Origin: Gammaproteobacteria bacterium
GTDB lineage: Bacteria > Pseudomonadota > Gammaproteobacteria > GCA-001735895
DNA: 64,000 bases
Assembly (NCBI GenBank): GCA_050298595.1
Contig: JBNKUM010000085.1
Location: 226,035-290,034, forward strand
Reading direction: 5' to 3'
A program made the translations under genes and the position numbers. Below, piece after piece: positions 9,943 through 20,717 of this stretch; position 1 is the stretch's first letter; each line of letters opens with the position of its first letter. The notes beneath the pieces are model-generated. The model searched no databases and was not told the origin of the DNA. It saw only the letters and a program-made list of their open reading frames with translations.

Positions 9943-11249
9943 AACTCTATTAAATCTCTGAGCGTTTTATCTGACAACTGCTGTTGCCTTGATGACTCGA
10001 TATTCTGTTGTAGCTCGCTGACCGCAACAGATTGTTTAAGCTGGGCATGACGGTTACCGTCTTCCGCCAGGCGTGCACAGTTAAGGATATCCAGCAGTTG
10101 AATTTTTTCAACAGCCCGCGCAGGCAGATAACTCAATTTAGCCCCCTGAGTCGGCACGATTAAACCACAATCCTCCAAAGTATTTAGCATACGATCCACC
10201 ATGGATTGCGGTACCTTCAAATGCTGCGCAAGATTTTTACCCGAGGTTTCAAAACCTTTGGAGTGAAAATGTTCGTTTGCGATTTCATACATTAACTGAA
10301 GGCAGAGATTTTCACGTAATACCCCGCTCATATGCTGAGTTTCAGCCTCTTGATTCAGGCTTTCAGGATGCTGATGATAATAGGATATGCTGGCACCGAT
10401 GAGCAGGATCAACCACCCCAGATAAAGCCAGATCATAAATAGCATCATGATCGCAAAACCTGAATAGATTGCAGTATAGCTGGTTGATCCACTGGCAAAG
10501 TCAGCAAACAGTAACCCCGTCCAACGCCACAGCAAACCTGCCACTACCGCACCATATAAAGCTGACAACGGTTTAACCCGAGTATTCGGCACCAGTATAT
10601 AAACAAAGGAAAATGCCGCAATAATCAAAACATAAGGAACCAGTAAACCAAGAAACTGAATCAGGTCACCCATATAAGGCAGCGCTTCAATCTTACCCAC
10701 GATGGCATGACTGCGTAGCGATGCAGTGATTCCTATCGCTGAGAAAACCAGTACCGGGCCAACCATTACCACGCTCAGGTAATTGCTGAAACGCTGTGAT
10801 AAATTTCGTACACCGCTTAAGCGCCAGGTAAAATTGAATGCCGCTTCGATTTTCTGTACCAGAGAAATAACGGTAAACATCAGCATGCCGAGTCCGAGTG
10901 CACCCAAAACACCGATTTTCATATTCTCCACAAAACCAACTATGCTATGGGTAACTTCAACCCCTTGATCACCCAGCGATTCGAAAATATTTAACAGCAT
11001 AGGCTCGATCTGGTTATGCACACCAAAGCCTTTCAGTACCGAAAAACTCACCGCCAGCAATGGCACAAAGGAAAGCAAAGTTGTGTAAACCAGGCTCATC
11101 GAACGCAGTGTTAGCATCCCGCCCTGCAAATCACGTAATACCATCGCCATAATGCGCAGAAAACGGGTACCCTCAACCTGCCAAAAAGGCGCATTGCTCA
11201 GGTCACGCGTCCAGACGATGTATTCGAGTTGTTTCAAAATGCCCTGCAT
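9939..11249 (-). CDS. YihY/BrkB family membrane protein with C-terminal Rrf2-like winged helix
   Basis: LTLRSMSLVYTTLLSFVPL and AIYSGFA motifs; multiple TM helices; C-terminal wHTH. Confidence 0.85.
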   Translation of the reverse strand: MQGILKQLEYIVWTRDLSNAPFWQVEGTRFLRIMAMVLRDLQGGMLTLRSMSLVYTTLLSFVPLLAVSFSVLKGFGVHNQIEPMLLNIFESLGDQGVEVTHSIVGFVENMKIGVLGALGLGMLMFTVISLVQKIEAAFNFTWRLSGVRNLSQRFSNYLSVVMVGPVLVFSAIGITASLRSHAIVGKIEALPYMGDLIQFLGLLVPYVLIIAAFSFVYILVPNTRVKPLSALYGAVVAGLLWRWTGLLFADFASGSTSYTAIYSGFAIMMLFMIWLYLGWLILLIGASISYYHQHPESLNQEAETQHMSGVLRENLCLQLMYEIANEHFHSKGFETSGKNLAQHLKVPQSMVDRMLNTLEDCGLIVPTQGAKLSYLPARAVEKIQLLDILNCARLAEDGNRHAQLKQSVAVSELQQNIESSRQQQLSDKTLRDLIEL

Positions 11250-11253
11250 TTAA

Positions 11254-11811
11254 CTACCAGTTTGCGTGTTTTAAATATTCAATTTCTTCTTCGGACGATT
11301 GCCTTCCGAGCACTTCGTTTCGATGTGGAAAACGTCCAAAGCGCTTAACCACGTCTCGATGATGATGAGCAAAACGCAGGTTATCTTCCAGCCCTGCTTT
11401 CTGATACATCTCTACCGCAAAATCCTGATCCTGCAGGTTCTCGCTGTGCATATAGGGCAGGTATAGAAAAGCTTTCTGCCTGTCGCTAAGCTGTTGATCC
11501 TGCCCACTTTCGATCAAGTTTCCTGCTATGGTTCGGGCATGCGCTTCCGTGGAATACTGGCGAGCATCCTGTCGAAACATGTTGAGTGGAAATTGATCCA
11601 GAATGATAACCAATGCCAGTGCAGAAAGCGGCTCCTGAGCCCAATGGTCATAAACCCCGGCGCGTGCTCTACCCCAGGTTTGCTCATAGCGCTCACGCAG
11701 TAACGCATCGAATTCGGGCGTTGAATTAAACCACATGGGTTGCACGTGATCTGAAAACCAGAAATCAATGATTTCAGCAACCAGCTCATCGTCTTTCTGC
11801 AATGTACTCAC
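11254..11811 (-). CDS. DUF924 family protein
   Basis: DFWF, LDQFP, YLPYMHSE and FGRFPHRN motifs. Confidence 0.9.
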   Translation of the reverse strand: MSTLQKDDELVAEIIDFWFSDHVQPMWFNSTPEFDALLRERYEQTWGRARAGVYDHWAQEPLSALALVIILDQFPLNMFRQDARQYSTEAHARTIAGNLIESGQDQQLSDRQKAFLYLPYMHSENLQDQDFAVEMYQKAGLEDNLRFAHHHRDVVKRFGRFPHRNEVLGRQSSEEEIEYLKHANW

Positions 11812-11823
11812 TACTTCCCCCTG

Positions 11824-12078
11824 TTACTCATCAGCCAGCCACTCAGCTAGATAGTATAAATATTGACCTTCGGATGATTTTGATGGCCCTAACACCTTAG
11901 CGGCAAAGTATTGCTGATCGGGTTGAGCATCGCTGATAGCCTGTTCAGCGGAGTTTTTAATCACGACACAACTGGCTGAAAAACGATTTCGATTACGCCG
12001 CGGCACATACACCACAGCGTATTGACAGGTTGAAACCTCGGTTTCAGGATCAGGAGGGACAAAACCCCGCATACTCAA
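11824..12078 (-). CDS. Small hypothetical protein
   Basis: 84-aa ORF heading the co-oriented run of minus-strand genes; AGGAG near the start. Confidence 0.65.
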   Translation of the reverse strand: MSMRGFVPPDPETEVSTCQYAVVYVPRRNRNRFSASCVVIKNSAEQAISDAQPDQQYFAAKVLGPSKSSEGQYLYYLAEWLADE

Positions 12079-12182
12079 CTCCTTGACTGGCTGATATGCT
12101 TAACCAACCACTTGAAAATGCTGTATTTTAAGAATGTTGCTTAGGGTATTCTAACCGCCAAGAGAAATAAACATTAATTGAC

Positions 12183-12881
12183 ATGTCATCCATCTTTATT
12201 ACCGGTACCAGTAAAGGCCTTGGCCTGAGTCTAAGCCGCTACTATCTACAACAAAAGGCAGAAATCTACAGCGTTGGCCGTAGCCCCTGCCCGCTGCAAC
12301 ATGCTTTATTACATCATACACAGATCGATCTTGCTGAGCTGGATAGCATCCAAAACAAGCTGAAGGGCTTTCTTCCCCCACAGCTTGATCTGGTTATTCT
12401 GAATGCAGGTGTATTGGGTGAAATCAAAGATCTGTCCGACACTTCGATGTCTGAGGTCACAACGCTGATGGACATCAATGTATGGTCAAATAAAGTCATT
12501 ATCGATACATTGATCAAACAGACCATTAAGGTGCGCCAGCTGGTGATCATTTCATCCGGGGCCTCGGTCAATGGCAACCGGGGCTGGGGTGCTTACTCTA
12601 TCTCCAAGGCCAGTATTAATATGATGGCCAAACTGTATGCCGCTGAAATGCCCGACACTCACATCACCGCCTATGCACCTGGCCTGGTTCACACCGCTAT
12701 GCAGGATTATCTTTGCCATGATGTGGATACTGAGAAATTCCCCTCGATTAAACGTCTGCAACAGGCCTATCAGACCGAAGATATGCCAGACATCGATAGT
12801 GCTGCTAAAAAAATCGCCTTAAGCTTCCCGCGCTGTCTGGAATTTGCCAGCGGAAGTTTCGTCGACATCCGTCAGCTATAG
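12183..12881 (+). CDS. SDR oxidoreductase (sepiapterin/benzil reductase-like)
   Basis: TGTSKGLG, ISSGA, YSISK and APGLVHTAMQ motifs. Confidence 0.88.
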   Translation: MSSIFITGTSKGLGLSLSRYYLQQKAEIYSVGRSPCPLQHALLHHTQIDLAELDSIQNKLKGFLPPQLDLVILNAGVLGEIKDLSDTSMSEVTTLMDINVWSNKVIIDTLIKQTIKVRQLVIISSGASVNGNRGWGAYSISKASINMMAKLYAAEMPDTHITAYAPGLVHTAMQDYLCHDVDTEKFPSIKRLQQAYQTEDMPDIDSAAKKIALSFPRCLEFASGSFVDIRQL

Positions 12882-12892
12882 GCAATAGAGCC

Positions 12893-14371
12893 GTGATTTT
12901 ACTGTGTACATTAAATGCCCGTTATATTCATAGTGCGCTTGGCTTACGTTACCTGTATGCCAATATGGGTGAATTACAGGAGCAAACCCAGATACAGGAA
13001 TTCACCATCAATCAACGTCCGATTGATATTGCTGAAATCATTTTACAGCTTAATCCAGATATAATTGGTGTCGGCTGTTACATCTGGAATATCCAGCAGG
13101 TCACCGAAGTACTGGCGATACTCAAAAGTCTCAGGCCGCAATTAGTCGTCGTACTGGGTGGACCGGAAATAAGCTTTGAAAGTGAACAGTCCAGTGCTTA
13201 CCCTTACACCGATCATATTATAAGAGGACAGGGTGACTTTGCCTTTGCCAGCCTGTGTCAGGACATACTTCAACACAAAACCGGCCTGGCAAAAATCATT
13301 GATGCTGAAGCACCACAGCCAAAGCAGTTACGACTACCTTACGATTACTATAGCGATGAAGATATTCGACAACGCGTACTGTATGTAGAAGCATCGCGCG
13401 GTTGCCCTTTTAAATGTGAATTCTGTCTGTCTGCCTTAGATAAAACCTCGCTACCTTTCGAGCTGGATGACTTCTTACAGGCGATGGATAAACTCTACCA
13501 ACGTGGGGCGCGTCATTTCAAATTTGTCGACCGAACCTTTAACCTGAATATCACCACCAGTCAGAAAATTCTTGGATTTTTTCTAAGCAAACCGCTGCAT
13601 GATCTATTCCTGCATTTTGAGCTGATACCAGATCGTCTGCCCAATGAATTAAAACATCTGATCGAACAATTCCCCGATGGCGCATTGCAATTTGAAATCG
13701 GTATTCAAACCTTTAACCCAGAAATACAGCAGTTAATCAGTCGCAAGCAGGATCATCAGAAAACACTGCAGAACCTGCAATACCTGAAGTCACAAACTCA
13801 GGTGCATTTACACACCGATCTGATAGCCGGTTTACCCAGCGAAGACCTGGCCAGCTTTGCAAAAGGTTTTGACCTGATGGTTTCACTACAGCCACAGGAA
13901 ATACAGTTGGGTATCTTAAAGCGCTTACGCGGTACTCCGATCACGCGACATACGCTAGCTTATCAAATGATCTATAGCCCACTGCCACCTTACGAAATAT
14001 TGAGCACCAGCCGCATGGATGCCAACACCCTGTTTCGCATCAAGCGTTTTGCTCGCTACTGGGATATGCTTGCAAACTCAGGGCGCTTTGAGCACAGCAT
14101 CCCGAAAATTCTGGGCGAGCATCCCTTCGATAACTTTATGCAACTGTCTGACTGGCTATTTGACACTACCGCTCAGACGCATAAAATGGCTCTGCCACGT
14201 TTATTCAAACTGCTTTATGAATTCAACCCTGATTTGATCGACGCATTACAACAGGACTTCATCAAAACTGGCATAAAAAGTACTTTTCAATCAGTAACGC
14301 AGAGCGAAACAGACAGACAAAAATCAACACCATCGGCATCAACACGACAACAACGACACGTAAACACATGA
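12893..14371 (+). CDS. B12-binding-domain radical SAM protein (DUF4080-type)
   Basis: CPFKCEFC (CxxxCxxC); N-terminal LNARYIHSALG; GGPE motif. Confidence 0.9.
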   Translation: MILLCTLNARYIHSALGLRYLYANMGELQEQTQIQEFTINQRPIDIAEIILQLNPDIIGVGCYIWNIQQVTEVLAILKSLRPQLVVVLGGPEISFESEQSSAYPYTDHIIRGQGDFAFASLCQDILQHKTGLAKIIDAEAPQPKQLRLPYDYYSDEDIRQRVLYVEASRGCPFKCEFCLSALDKTSLPFELDDFLQAMDKLYQRGARHFKFVDRTFNLNITTSQKILGFFLSKPLHDLFLHFELIPDRLPNELKHLIEQFPDGALQFEIGIQTFNPEIQQLISRKQDHQKTLQNLQYLKSQTQVHLHTDLIAGLPSEDLASFAKGFDLMVSLQPQEIQLGILKRLRGTPITRHTLAYQMIYSPLPPYEILSTSRMDANTLFRIKRFARYWDMLANSGRFEHSIPKILGEHPFDNFMQLSDWLFDTTAQTHKMALPRLFKLLYEFNPDLIDALQQDFIKTGIKSTFQSVTQSETDRQKSTPSASTRQQRHVNT

Positions 14372-15510
14372 CTACAGAGATCTTCATTAATAGTAACTTC
14401 GACGCTGGCAATATCGAATGCATCGACGCAAGCAAGCCGGACAATATTCAACTCACCATCCGTAGCGATAAGCAGTCAGACTTTTATCAGTGGTTTTATT
14501 TTCGTGCGGCTAATGTTCTCGATTTATCCTGCCGTTACGTGATTATCAATGCGGCTAATGCCGCCTATCCGCGTGGCTGGGAAAACTATCAGGCAGTTGC
14601 CTCTTACGACCGGGAATACTGGTTCCGGGTTGAAACCAGTTACGAAAATGGTCAGCTAATCATTCAACATACCAGCACTCAGCCACAGATTTATTTCTCC
14701 TATTTCGCTCCCTATAGCATGGAACGCCATGCCGACCTGATTGCCTATGCACAAAGCAGCAGGGGGTGTCACATCCAGACGCTGGGCACTACCATCGATG
14801 GGCAAAGTATTGACTGTCTACAATTTGGTTCGCAAGATGAAAACAAAAAGAAACTATGGATGATTGCGCGTCAGCACCCCGGAGAAACTATGGCCGAATG
14901 GTGGATGGAAGGGATGATCAATCGACTACTGGATGAAAGCGATGCGGTGGTTAAGTCGATTCTTGAGAAAGCGGTAATTTACCTGGTGCCCAATATGAAC
15001 CCTGATGGCAGCCGTCGTGGTCACCTTCGTACCAATGCTGTCGGTGCTAACCTGAATCGTGAATGGGAGTCACCAACGCTGCAACGCAGTCCCGAGGTTT
15101 ACCATGTTTTTGAAAAGATGAAAACCAGCGGAGTCGATTTCGCACTGGATGTACACGGGGATGAATCTTTACCCTATAACTTTATCGCAGGCACTCAGGG
15201 CATCCCGAGCTGGAACCCACAGCGTCAACACAAACTCGACACTTTCAAAAACACCCTGGCAAGTATTAATCCAGACTTTCAAACTGCTCAAGGTTACCCA
15301 CCTAACCCACCGGGTACAGCCAATATGAGTTATTGCTCCAACGCAGTGGCAGAATATTTTAACTGCCCGGCGATGACGCTAGAAATGCCCTTTAAGGATA
15401 CCTGTGACAGCCCCGATCCTCTACAGGGCTGGAGTCCTGAGCGCTGTATCAAACTGGGGGAGAGTTGTCTTGATGCCATTCACCAGAGCTGGCAACAGCT
15501 TATCGACTAA
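14368..15510 (+). CDS. M14 cytosolic carboxypeptidase
   Basis: FDAGNI, ARQHPGE, NPDG, NLNR, DVHGDE and TLEMPF motifs. Confidence 0.92.
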   Translation: MTTEIFINSNFDAGNIECIDASKPDNIQLTIRSDKQSDFYQWFYFRAANVLDLSCRYVIINAANAAYPRGWENYQAVASYDREYWFRVETSYENGQLIIQHTSTQPQIYFSYFAPYSMERHADLIAYAQSSRGCHIQTLGTTIDGQSIDCLQFGSQDENKKKLWMIARQHPGETMAEWWMEGMINRLLDESDAVVKSILEKAVIYLVPNMNPDGSRRGHLRTNAVGANLNREWESPTLQRSPEVYHVFEKMKTSGVDFALDVHGDESLPYNFIAGTQGIPSWNPQRQHKLDTFKNTLASINPDFQTAQGYPPNPPGTANMSYCSNAVAEYFNCPAMTLEMPFKDTCDSPDPLQGWSPERCIKLGESCLDAIHQSWQQLID

Positions 15511-15524
15511 CTCCTGGCGCAGTA

Positions 15525-15875
15525 CTATTTGAACAAATCGTTATCAAAAAGGAATTCAGCTACCGCCTTCACCTTTGCTTCAGGATATGCCAGGGTTGGC
15601 ATTACCTTAAATCTTTGCACTGCGTGGGGCATCAGTGATTTAGAAGCATCAGGCTTATGAACATAAGACACGATAAAATTAACGAAATCATCCCGTTGCG
15701 GATGAACACGCATGACATTCCTTTTAATACCGAACATGGGCGGTGCGATAGTCGGTGGAGGCATGAGTTTATGACAGGCAGAACACAGCGTAGTATACGC
15801 AGCCTTGCCATCTTCTGCTGACGCAGAAAATGCAAAGCACAGGGAGAGTAAACAGGAAAGAATGATTTTTTTCAT
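15525..15875 (-). CDS. Periplasmic monoheme cytochrome c
   Basis: Signal peptide, CSACH, distal Met candidate (VMP). Confidence 0.9.
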   Translation of the reverse strand: MKKIILSCLLSLCFAFSASAEDGKAAYTTLCSACHKLMPPPTIAPPMFGIKRNVMRVHPQRDDFVNFIVSYVHKPDASKSLMPHAVQRFKVMPTLAYPEAKVKAVAEFLFDNDLFK

Positions 15876-15888
15876 GATGCTTTACCTT

Positions 15889-15936
15889 AAAGTAATTAAC
15901 TGCACTACCCGAAAAGTAATTAACAGCACTACCCGA
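15889..15936. repeat. Two 24-bp tandem direct repeats upstream of the cytochrome c gene
   Basis: aaagtaattaactgcactacccga followed by aaagtaattaacagcactacccga (1 mismatch). Confidence 0.9.
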
Positions 15937-16104
15937 CTCATCTATTTTCAGCAAGACTAAATCACCACTTCCTGCCTGCTTTGCAGTATAGTCTGGCCCT
16001 CAGTTAAATCAATCAGATAGATCCATCCTTTAGAGACCTTTTCCTCTCACACTGTGCAGATATTTTCTGCTATAGTGCGCCCCAGGAAAAAGGACCTAAG
16101 CATT

Positions 16105-16626
16105 ATGAAAAACTCCCAAATTCTGAAATCGCTAATGCTACTCCTGGCGATAAGCACTCAATCGGCGCAGGCCGGCACTTATATAGAGCTATCACCGGCT
16201 GTGATGGCAGTTGAAACAAAACACGATGCTACCCATCCTAAACAGGCAGATTTTCGACTTGGATATTCCAGCCAGTATCATCAGATAGAACTTGTACTGA
16301 TGACCGGCATACAGGATGGAAATCTTAATCAACTAAAGGTTGAAGCCCCTCTGGTGAGCTCGGTGCTATACCATTACATACCCCATTTCAACAGCAGTGT
16401 GAAACTACATCTCATTGCTGGCGCCAGTCAGGTCAACATTAAATCAAGCTATCCAGGCACATCGGGTACAGATGATACTTTCAGTGGTATCAGCTTTGGT
16501 TTGGGTCTGGAAGAATCATTCAAGTCCATTCCTCAGCTGAGCCTGTCTCTGGACTGGATTCAGTTATACCGAGGCAAGGATTTGAAGATCAATGCCACCA
16601 GTCTGGGAGTTCATTATGAATTTTAA
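16105..16626 (+). CDS. Small outer-membrane beta-barrel protein
   Basis: Signal peptide (AQA), alternating beta-strand pattern, C-terminal GVHYEF. Start moved to ATG 16105. Confidence 0.75.
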   Translation: MKNSQILKSLMLLLAISTQSAQAGTYIELSPAVMAVETKHDATHPKQADFRLGYSSQYHQIELVLMTGIQDGNLNQLKVEAPLVSSVLYHYIPHFNSSVKLHLIAGASQVNIKSSYPGTSGTDDTFSGISFGLGLEESFKSIPQLSLSLDWIQLYRGKDLKINATSLGVHYEF

Positions 16627-18022
16627 ACGCATTACACACTGGTTCCTGTTAAGCAGTCTACTTATGTTTCTCTTTTCCTGTAGCGATGAGGCGACCGAAA
16701 CACAGCTGGTCAATTTACACACTACCGCCGCTGAGGATGTTATTGCTATCGAGTTCCCTGCCACTACAGAAACAGTGGTACAAATCAAAAGCCTGACCGC
16801 TTTATCTGTACAGGGACTAAAATCCAATGGCATAGATAGCGTCAGCTTGTCCAGTCAGATTGACTGGTCTTTGTCGGATGGTGCTACGAGTACGATTGAT
16901 AAAAATGGTCGCCTTACAGCCGGACCAACAGCCGAGACAATTACGGTTACCGCCACACTCGGCATACTCAGCACCTCAATTGATATCCGAATCTCAGCAG
17001 CTAAATTCAACCAGGTGGTCAAGCTGAATCCGGATGATAAACTGCCTATCAACATCGAGATGTGCCAGTCGCAGACCATCACACCTTTTGGAGAATATAT
17101 CGATGATTCAGGCACGGTAGAGATTCGTAAGGTAGACAATACTGTAATTAATAAGATCTCGTGGATTATTTCTCCACCACAAAGCGCATACATTAAAACT
17201 GCAGATAACACCACCACCCTGTATAGCCTCGCCGCTGGAGACTTGATCATTCAGGCGAAGGCAACATCAGATTATAGCGGCAATGAAGTCACTTCCGATC
17301 TCAACCAGACTATCGGTAATGGCCTGAGTAGTATCAAGATTTGCTCCGGTAGCGCAACAGACTATGCAAACTGCTCCATGACGAGCACAAGTGTTGAGCA
17401 GGATAAGGAGGTTTCATTTATTGCTATAGGTCAATACACCTCGGGGAGCTATCAGAATATCTCTCGAACCAGCAAATGGGGAATCAGTGATGACAACATG
17501 TCCGCTGTTCTCAGCAATGATTTTCAACAAATCAATGTGACAGGCTTGAAAGAATCGACAAACTCTACGCTATCACTTGCCTGTGGTGACATTAATCAAA
17601 CAATCGGTGATGATATTGATATTACCCAGAGCATCATTCTAAATAGCGCTATTGACTGTAGCGCCGATACCGATTGCAAGGCCTCATCTGTAGATATTAC
17701 AATAAAAAAACTTACTGCTAAATTCTCAGAAGTAACAGCAAATGAAAACAAACTTAGCGATTCCGATACATATCAAATCAGTCCTCAACCCGATGAAATC
17801 GTACTGAAAGTTTCTGTTATCCAGTCCAATAGCAGTGAGCCTGTTGATATTACTGATAATAAGAACCTGACATACGAAATTAAAAGTGGTGACACCGTGG
17901 TTGAACAAAAAACAAACACCCCCGGTACTTACACCGTCCTTACTACGGGTACAGTTAAAATTTTACTCACTTATCTGGGCGAGAGTTTTCTTGTGGACAT
18001 AGAGATCCTTGAAACCCCTTGA
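16616..18022 (+). CDS. Lipoprotein with tandem Ig-like domains
   Basis: Lipobox LFSC; Ser/Thr-rich beta repeats such as IDWSLSDGATSTIDKNGRLTA; overlaps the barrel gene. Confidence 0.7.
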   Translation: MNFKRITHWFLLSSLLMFLFSCSDEATETQLVNLHTTAAEDVIAIEFPATTETVVQIKSLTALSVQGLKSNGIDSVSLSSQIDWSLSDGATSTIDKNGRLTAGPTAETITVTATLGILSTSIDIRISAAKFNQVVKLNPDDKLPINIEMCQSQTITPFGEYIDDSGTVEIRKVDNTVINKISWIISPPQSAYIKTADNTTTLYSLAAGDLIIQAKATSDYSGNEVTSDLNQTIGNGLSSIKICSGSATDYANCSMTSTSVEQDKEVSFIAIGQYTSGSYQNISRTSKWGISDDNMSAVLSNDFQQINVTGLKESTNSTLSLACGDINQTIGDDIDITQSIILNSAIDCSADTDCKASSVDITIKKLTAKFSEVTANENKLSDSDTYQISPQPDEIVLKVSVIQSNSSEPVDITDNKNLTYEIKSGDTVVEQKTNTPGTYTVLTTGTVKILLTYLGESFLVDIEILETP

Positions 18023-18217
18023 TACAGTTCAAGGTTTTTTCAATCTACAGGGAGAGTAAATAAACTCATAGAAAACTATAAAAACCTCTAAAATCAATAT
18101 TCAAAGGGGCTATTCAAAATAGCCCCGAATTTTCCGCGACAATATGTCACATACCTTCGATAATTAACGCCCCCTATACTCGCGGCTTTCGTATTAACAA
18201 TATCCACGGGCGTTCGG

Positions 18218-20254
18218 ATGAAAAAAACAAACTTACTTACTCTCAGTGTTTGTGCCAGCTTAAGCTGTTTAAGCGCAAGCGCAGAGGAAAACAGCAACGA
18301 AAATACAGCAGATGTCTTACCTGTCATTCTGGTTGAAGGCAAAAAGATCAAACAGGTCAGCGTTAATGAAGTTAAATCTGCCGATTTAGCTGAAGCTTTA
18401 AGCAAAAAAATCCCTAACATCTCACTGGTACGTCGTAGCGGCATTGCTAATGACATCATTCTGCGCGGCCAGAAAAAAGATAATATCAATATCCTGATCG
18501 ACAATGCCAAAATCCACGGTGCCTGTCCGAACAGAATGGATCCACCCACTTCACACATTCTGACCAACAATATCGAAGATGTTGAAGTCACTGAAGGACC
18601 CTATGATGTCGAGAACTTTGGCACCTTAAGTGGTGCGGTAAAAGTCACCACCAAAATGCCTGAAGCAGGATTTCGCGGTGAAGTAAATCTCAACATGGGC
18701 AGCTGGGAGTATCAGAAATTTTCCACAACCTTAAGTGGTGGAAGTGAAAAGATACGCGCTATGTTAAGCCTTTCTCAGGAAACCGGCGGTCAGTATAAGG
18801 ATGGTGATGGCAATGACTTTTCACAACAGATTGAAGCCAATAGCGTCCCCTCTATGATGAATTACAAACCAGAATACGCTGACCATGACGCTTATAAGAA
18901 AAGCACCTTAATGGCTAAGGTATATGCATTCATCGCTGATAATCAGGAACTGGAACTGAGTTACACGGCCAATCGAAGTGATGACATCTTCTACCCGTCA
19001 ACACCTATGGACGCGATATATGATGACTCTGATCTTTTCAATATCAACTACCGCTTTATGGATCTTGGTGACTATTCCAGCAAACTGGAAATTCAGGCTT
19101 ACAACTCAACAGTTGATCACCCCATGTCTACATATTATCGCATGTCATCTGGAACCAATGCTGTTAATGAAAAAATAAGCGCGCTTGAAACTCATTCAAC
19201 CGGTATCAAAATCATCAATACAGCAGACCTTTCTGCGCTAGCTGATATTAAATATGGTTTAGATATCAACAGCCGTAACTGGGATGGAAAATATACCGGT
19301 TTTGGCACAGGTGCAGGAATCACCGGAATCGTCAGCATCCCTGATGTAGATACCGAAAACACGGCATTATTTATTGAATATGATCGTGACCTGAGCGATA
19401 GCGTTAATTTCAAGATGGGTGCACGCTACGACGATACCAGCATCACCACCGCCGACAGCAGCTTAAAAAACAATGATTACAGCGCATTTAGTGCTTTCGT
19501 CTTCAGCAGCTATCAAATGAATGAGCAGCACAAACTGTTTGGCGGGCTGGGTAAAGGATCACGCGTACCTGACGCACGTGAACTCTATTTTCGTTCTTCT
19601 ATGATGGGAGGTATGTTACTGGGTACTCCAGACCTGGATGACACAAGTAATACCGAACTGGATTTAGGTGTAGAAAGCCAACTCGGTGACCTGTCGATGA
19701 AAAGCAAAATCTTCTACAGCAAACTGGACAACTACATATATTTTAATTCCAGTAAATCAATGAATAAATTCGAAAACATAGATGCCACAATATATGGCCT
19801 GGATATCAGTGGGCAATATATAATCAATCCCAGTTTCGATATTGATTTTGGACTTGCCTTACAAAAAGGTAGCAAAGACAATCCATTAGTTGGACAAACC
19901 GATACCGACCTGGCTGAAATCCCACCTATGAAATTAACCAGTGCTTTAAACTATCACTACCAGAAAGATAGTAGTGCGATGGTTGAGCTGATTTCATCAA
20001 GCAGTTGGGACGATTATGATGCCGATAACGGTGAACAGGCGCTGGAAAGCTGGACAGTGATGAACCTGAAGGTTAAACACCGTTTTAACGATCAATTTGG
20101 TCTCACCGTTGGTGTGGATAATGTGTTTGACAAAGCCTATGCCGTCAGTAACACCTACAAAGATCTAACACTGCTAGCCGATGGCAGTGGTGAAGTAATG
20201 CTGATCAATGAACCTGGTCGATACTTCTATGTAAATGGCACCTACTCCTTCTAG
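18218..20254 (+). CDS. TonB-dependent receptor, OprC/NosA-like copper receptor
   Basis: Plug GACPNRMDPP (CxxxM) plus DHPM (HxM), matching the OprC copper-site pattern; Met-rich loops; C-terminal YSF. Confidence 0.8.
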   Translation: MKKTNLLTLSVCASLSCLSASAEENSNENTADVLPVILVEGKKIKQVSVNEVKSADLAEALSKKIPNISLVRRSGIANDIILRGQKKDNINILIDNAKIHGACPNRMDPPTSHILTNNIEDVEVTEGPYDVENFGTLSGAVKVTTKMPEAGFRGEVNLNMGSWEYQKFSTTLSGGSEKIRAMLSLSQETGGQYKDGDGNDFSQQIEANSVPSMMNYKPEYADHDAYKKSTLMAKVYAFIADNQELELSYTANRSDDIFYPSTPMDAIYDDSDLFNINYRFMDLGDYSSKLEIQAYNSTVDHPMSTYYRMSSGTNAVNEKISALETHSTGIKIINTADLSALADIKYGLDINSRNWDGKYTGFGTGAGITGIVSIPDVDTENTALFIEYDRDLSDSVNFKMGARYDDTSITTADSSLKNNDYSAFSAFVFSSYQMNEQHKLFGGLGKGSRVPDARELYFRSSMMGGMLLGTPDLDDTSNTELDLGVESQLGDLSMKSKIFYSKLDNYIYFNSSKSMNKFENIDATIYGLDISGQYIINPSFDIDFGLALQKGSKDNPLVGQTDTDLAEIPPMKLTSALNYHYQKDSSAMVELISSSSWDDYDADNGEQALESWTVMNLKVKHRFNDQFGLTVGVDNVFDKAYAVSNTYKDLTLLADGSGEVMLINEPGRYFYVNGTYSF

Positions 20255-20302
20255 CACCACCGTTTAAATGAGCAATCACCTGATGCAGCAATGCGTCAGC
20301 CT

Positions 20303-20328
20303 GGGCACAGGGAAGTGTCTGTTTTTTT
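20303..20328 (+). terminator. Possible rho-independent terminator
   Basis: gggcac-agggaa-gtgtct stem with G-T pairs, followed by a T7 run. Confidence 0.4.
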
Positions 20329-20717
20329 AATTCCGCTGCGCTTATCGTCAATAGAATAGTAGGTGCCTGACATTCTCAGCCATAGTAATAGCTTCAAGTT
20401 GAGAGATTAACTTTTGTTACCCCTTGTTGATGAAATCGATCGGCAGCAGATTGTCATTCAGCACAACTCCGGCCACGGTGCCGATCATGGCGACAAAACT
20501 GTTTAGTATTCAAACTTTTGGGGCAATTAACTAACTCAGACTTTACAACCTGCCTTACAGATAGCGGTCATTCAAGAAATTAGTGTGTACGGACGCTGTC
20601 GACCCGAACCTGCCATTCCTTACAGGTCGTAGGGATCGCTAGATCCTTGGCGATACCAGTTGTTCATAAAGCTTCAATAAATAATTATGGTGTCCCCAGA
20701 ATACCGTGCCGATCGTC

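Noticed and set aside
20425-20500. Short minus-strand coding-like fragment (VAMIGTVAGVVLNDNLLPIDFINKG)
   Set aside because: Too short to assign; probably gene debris at the island edge.
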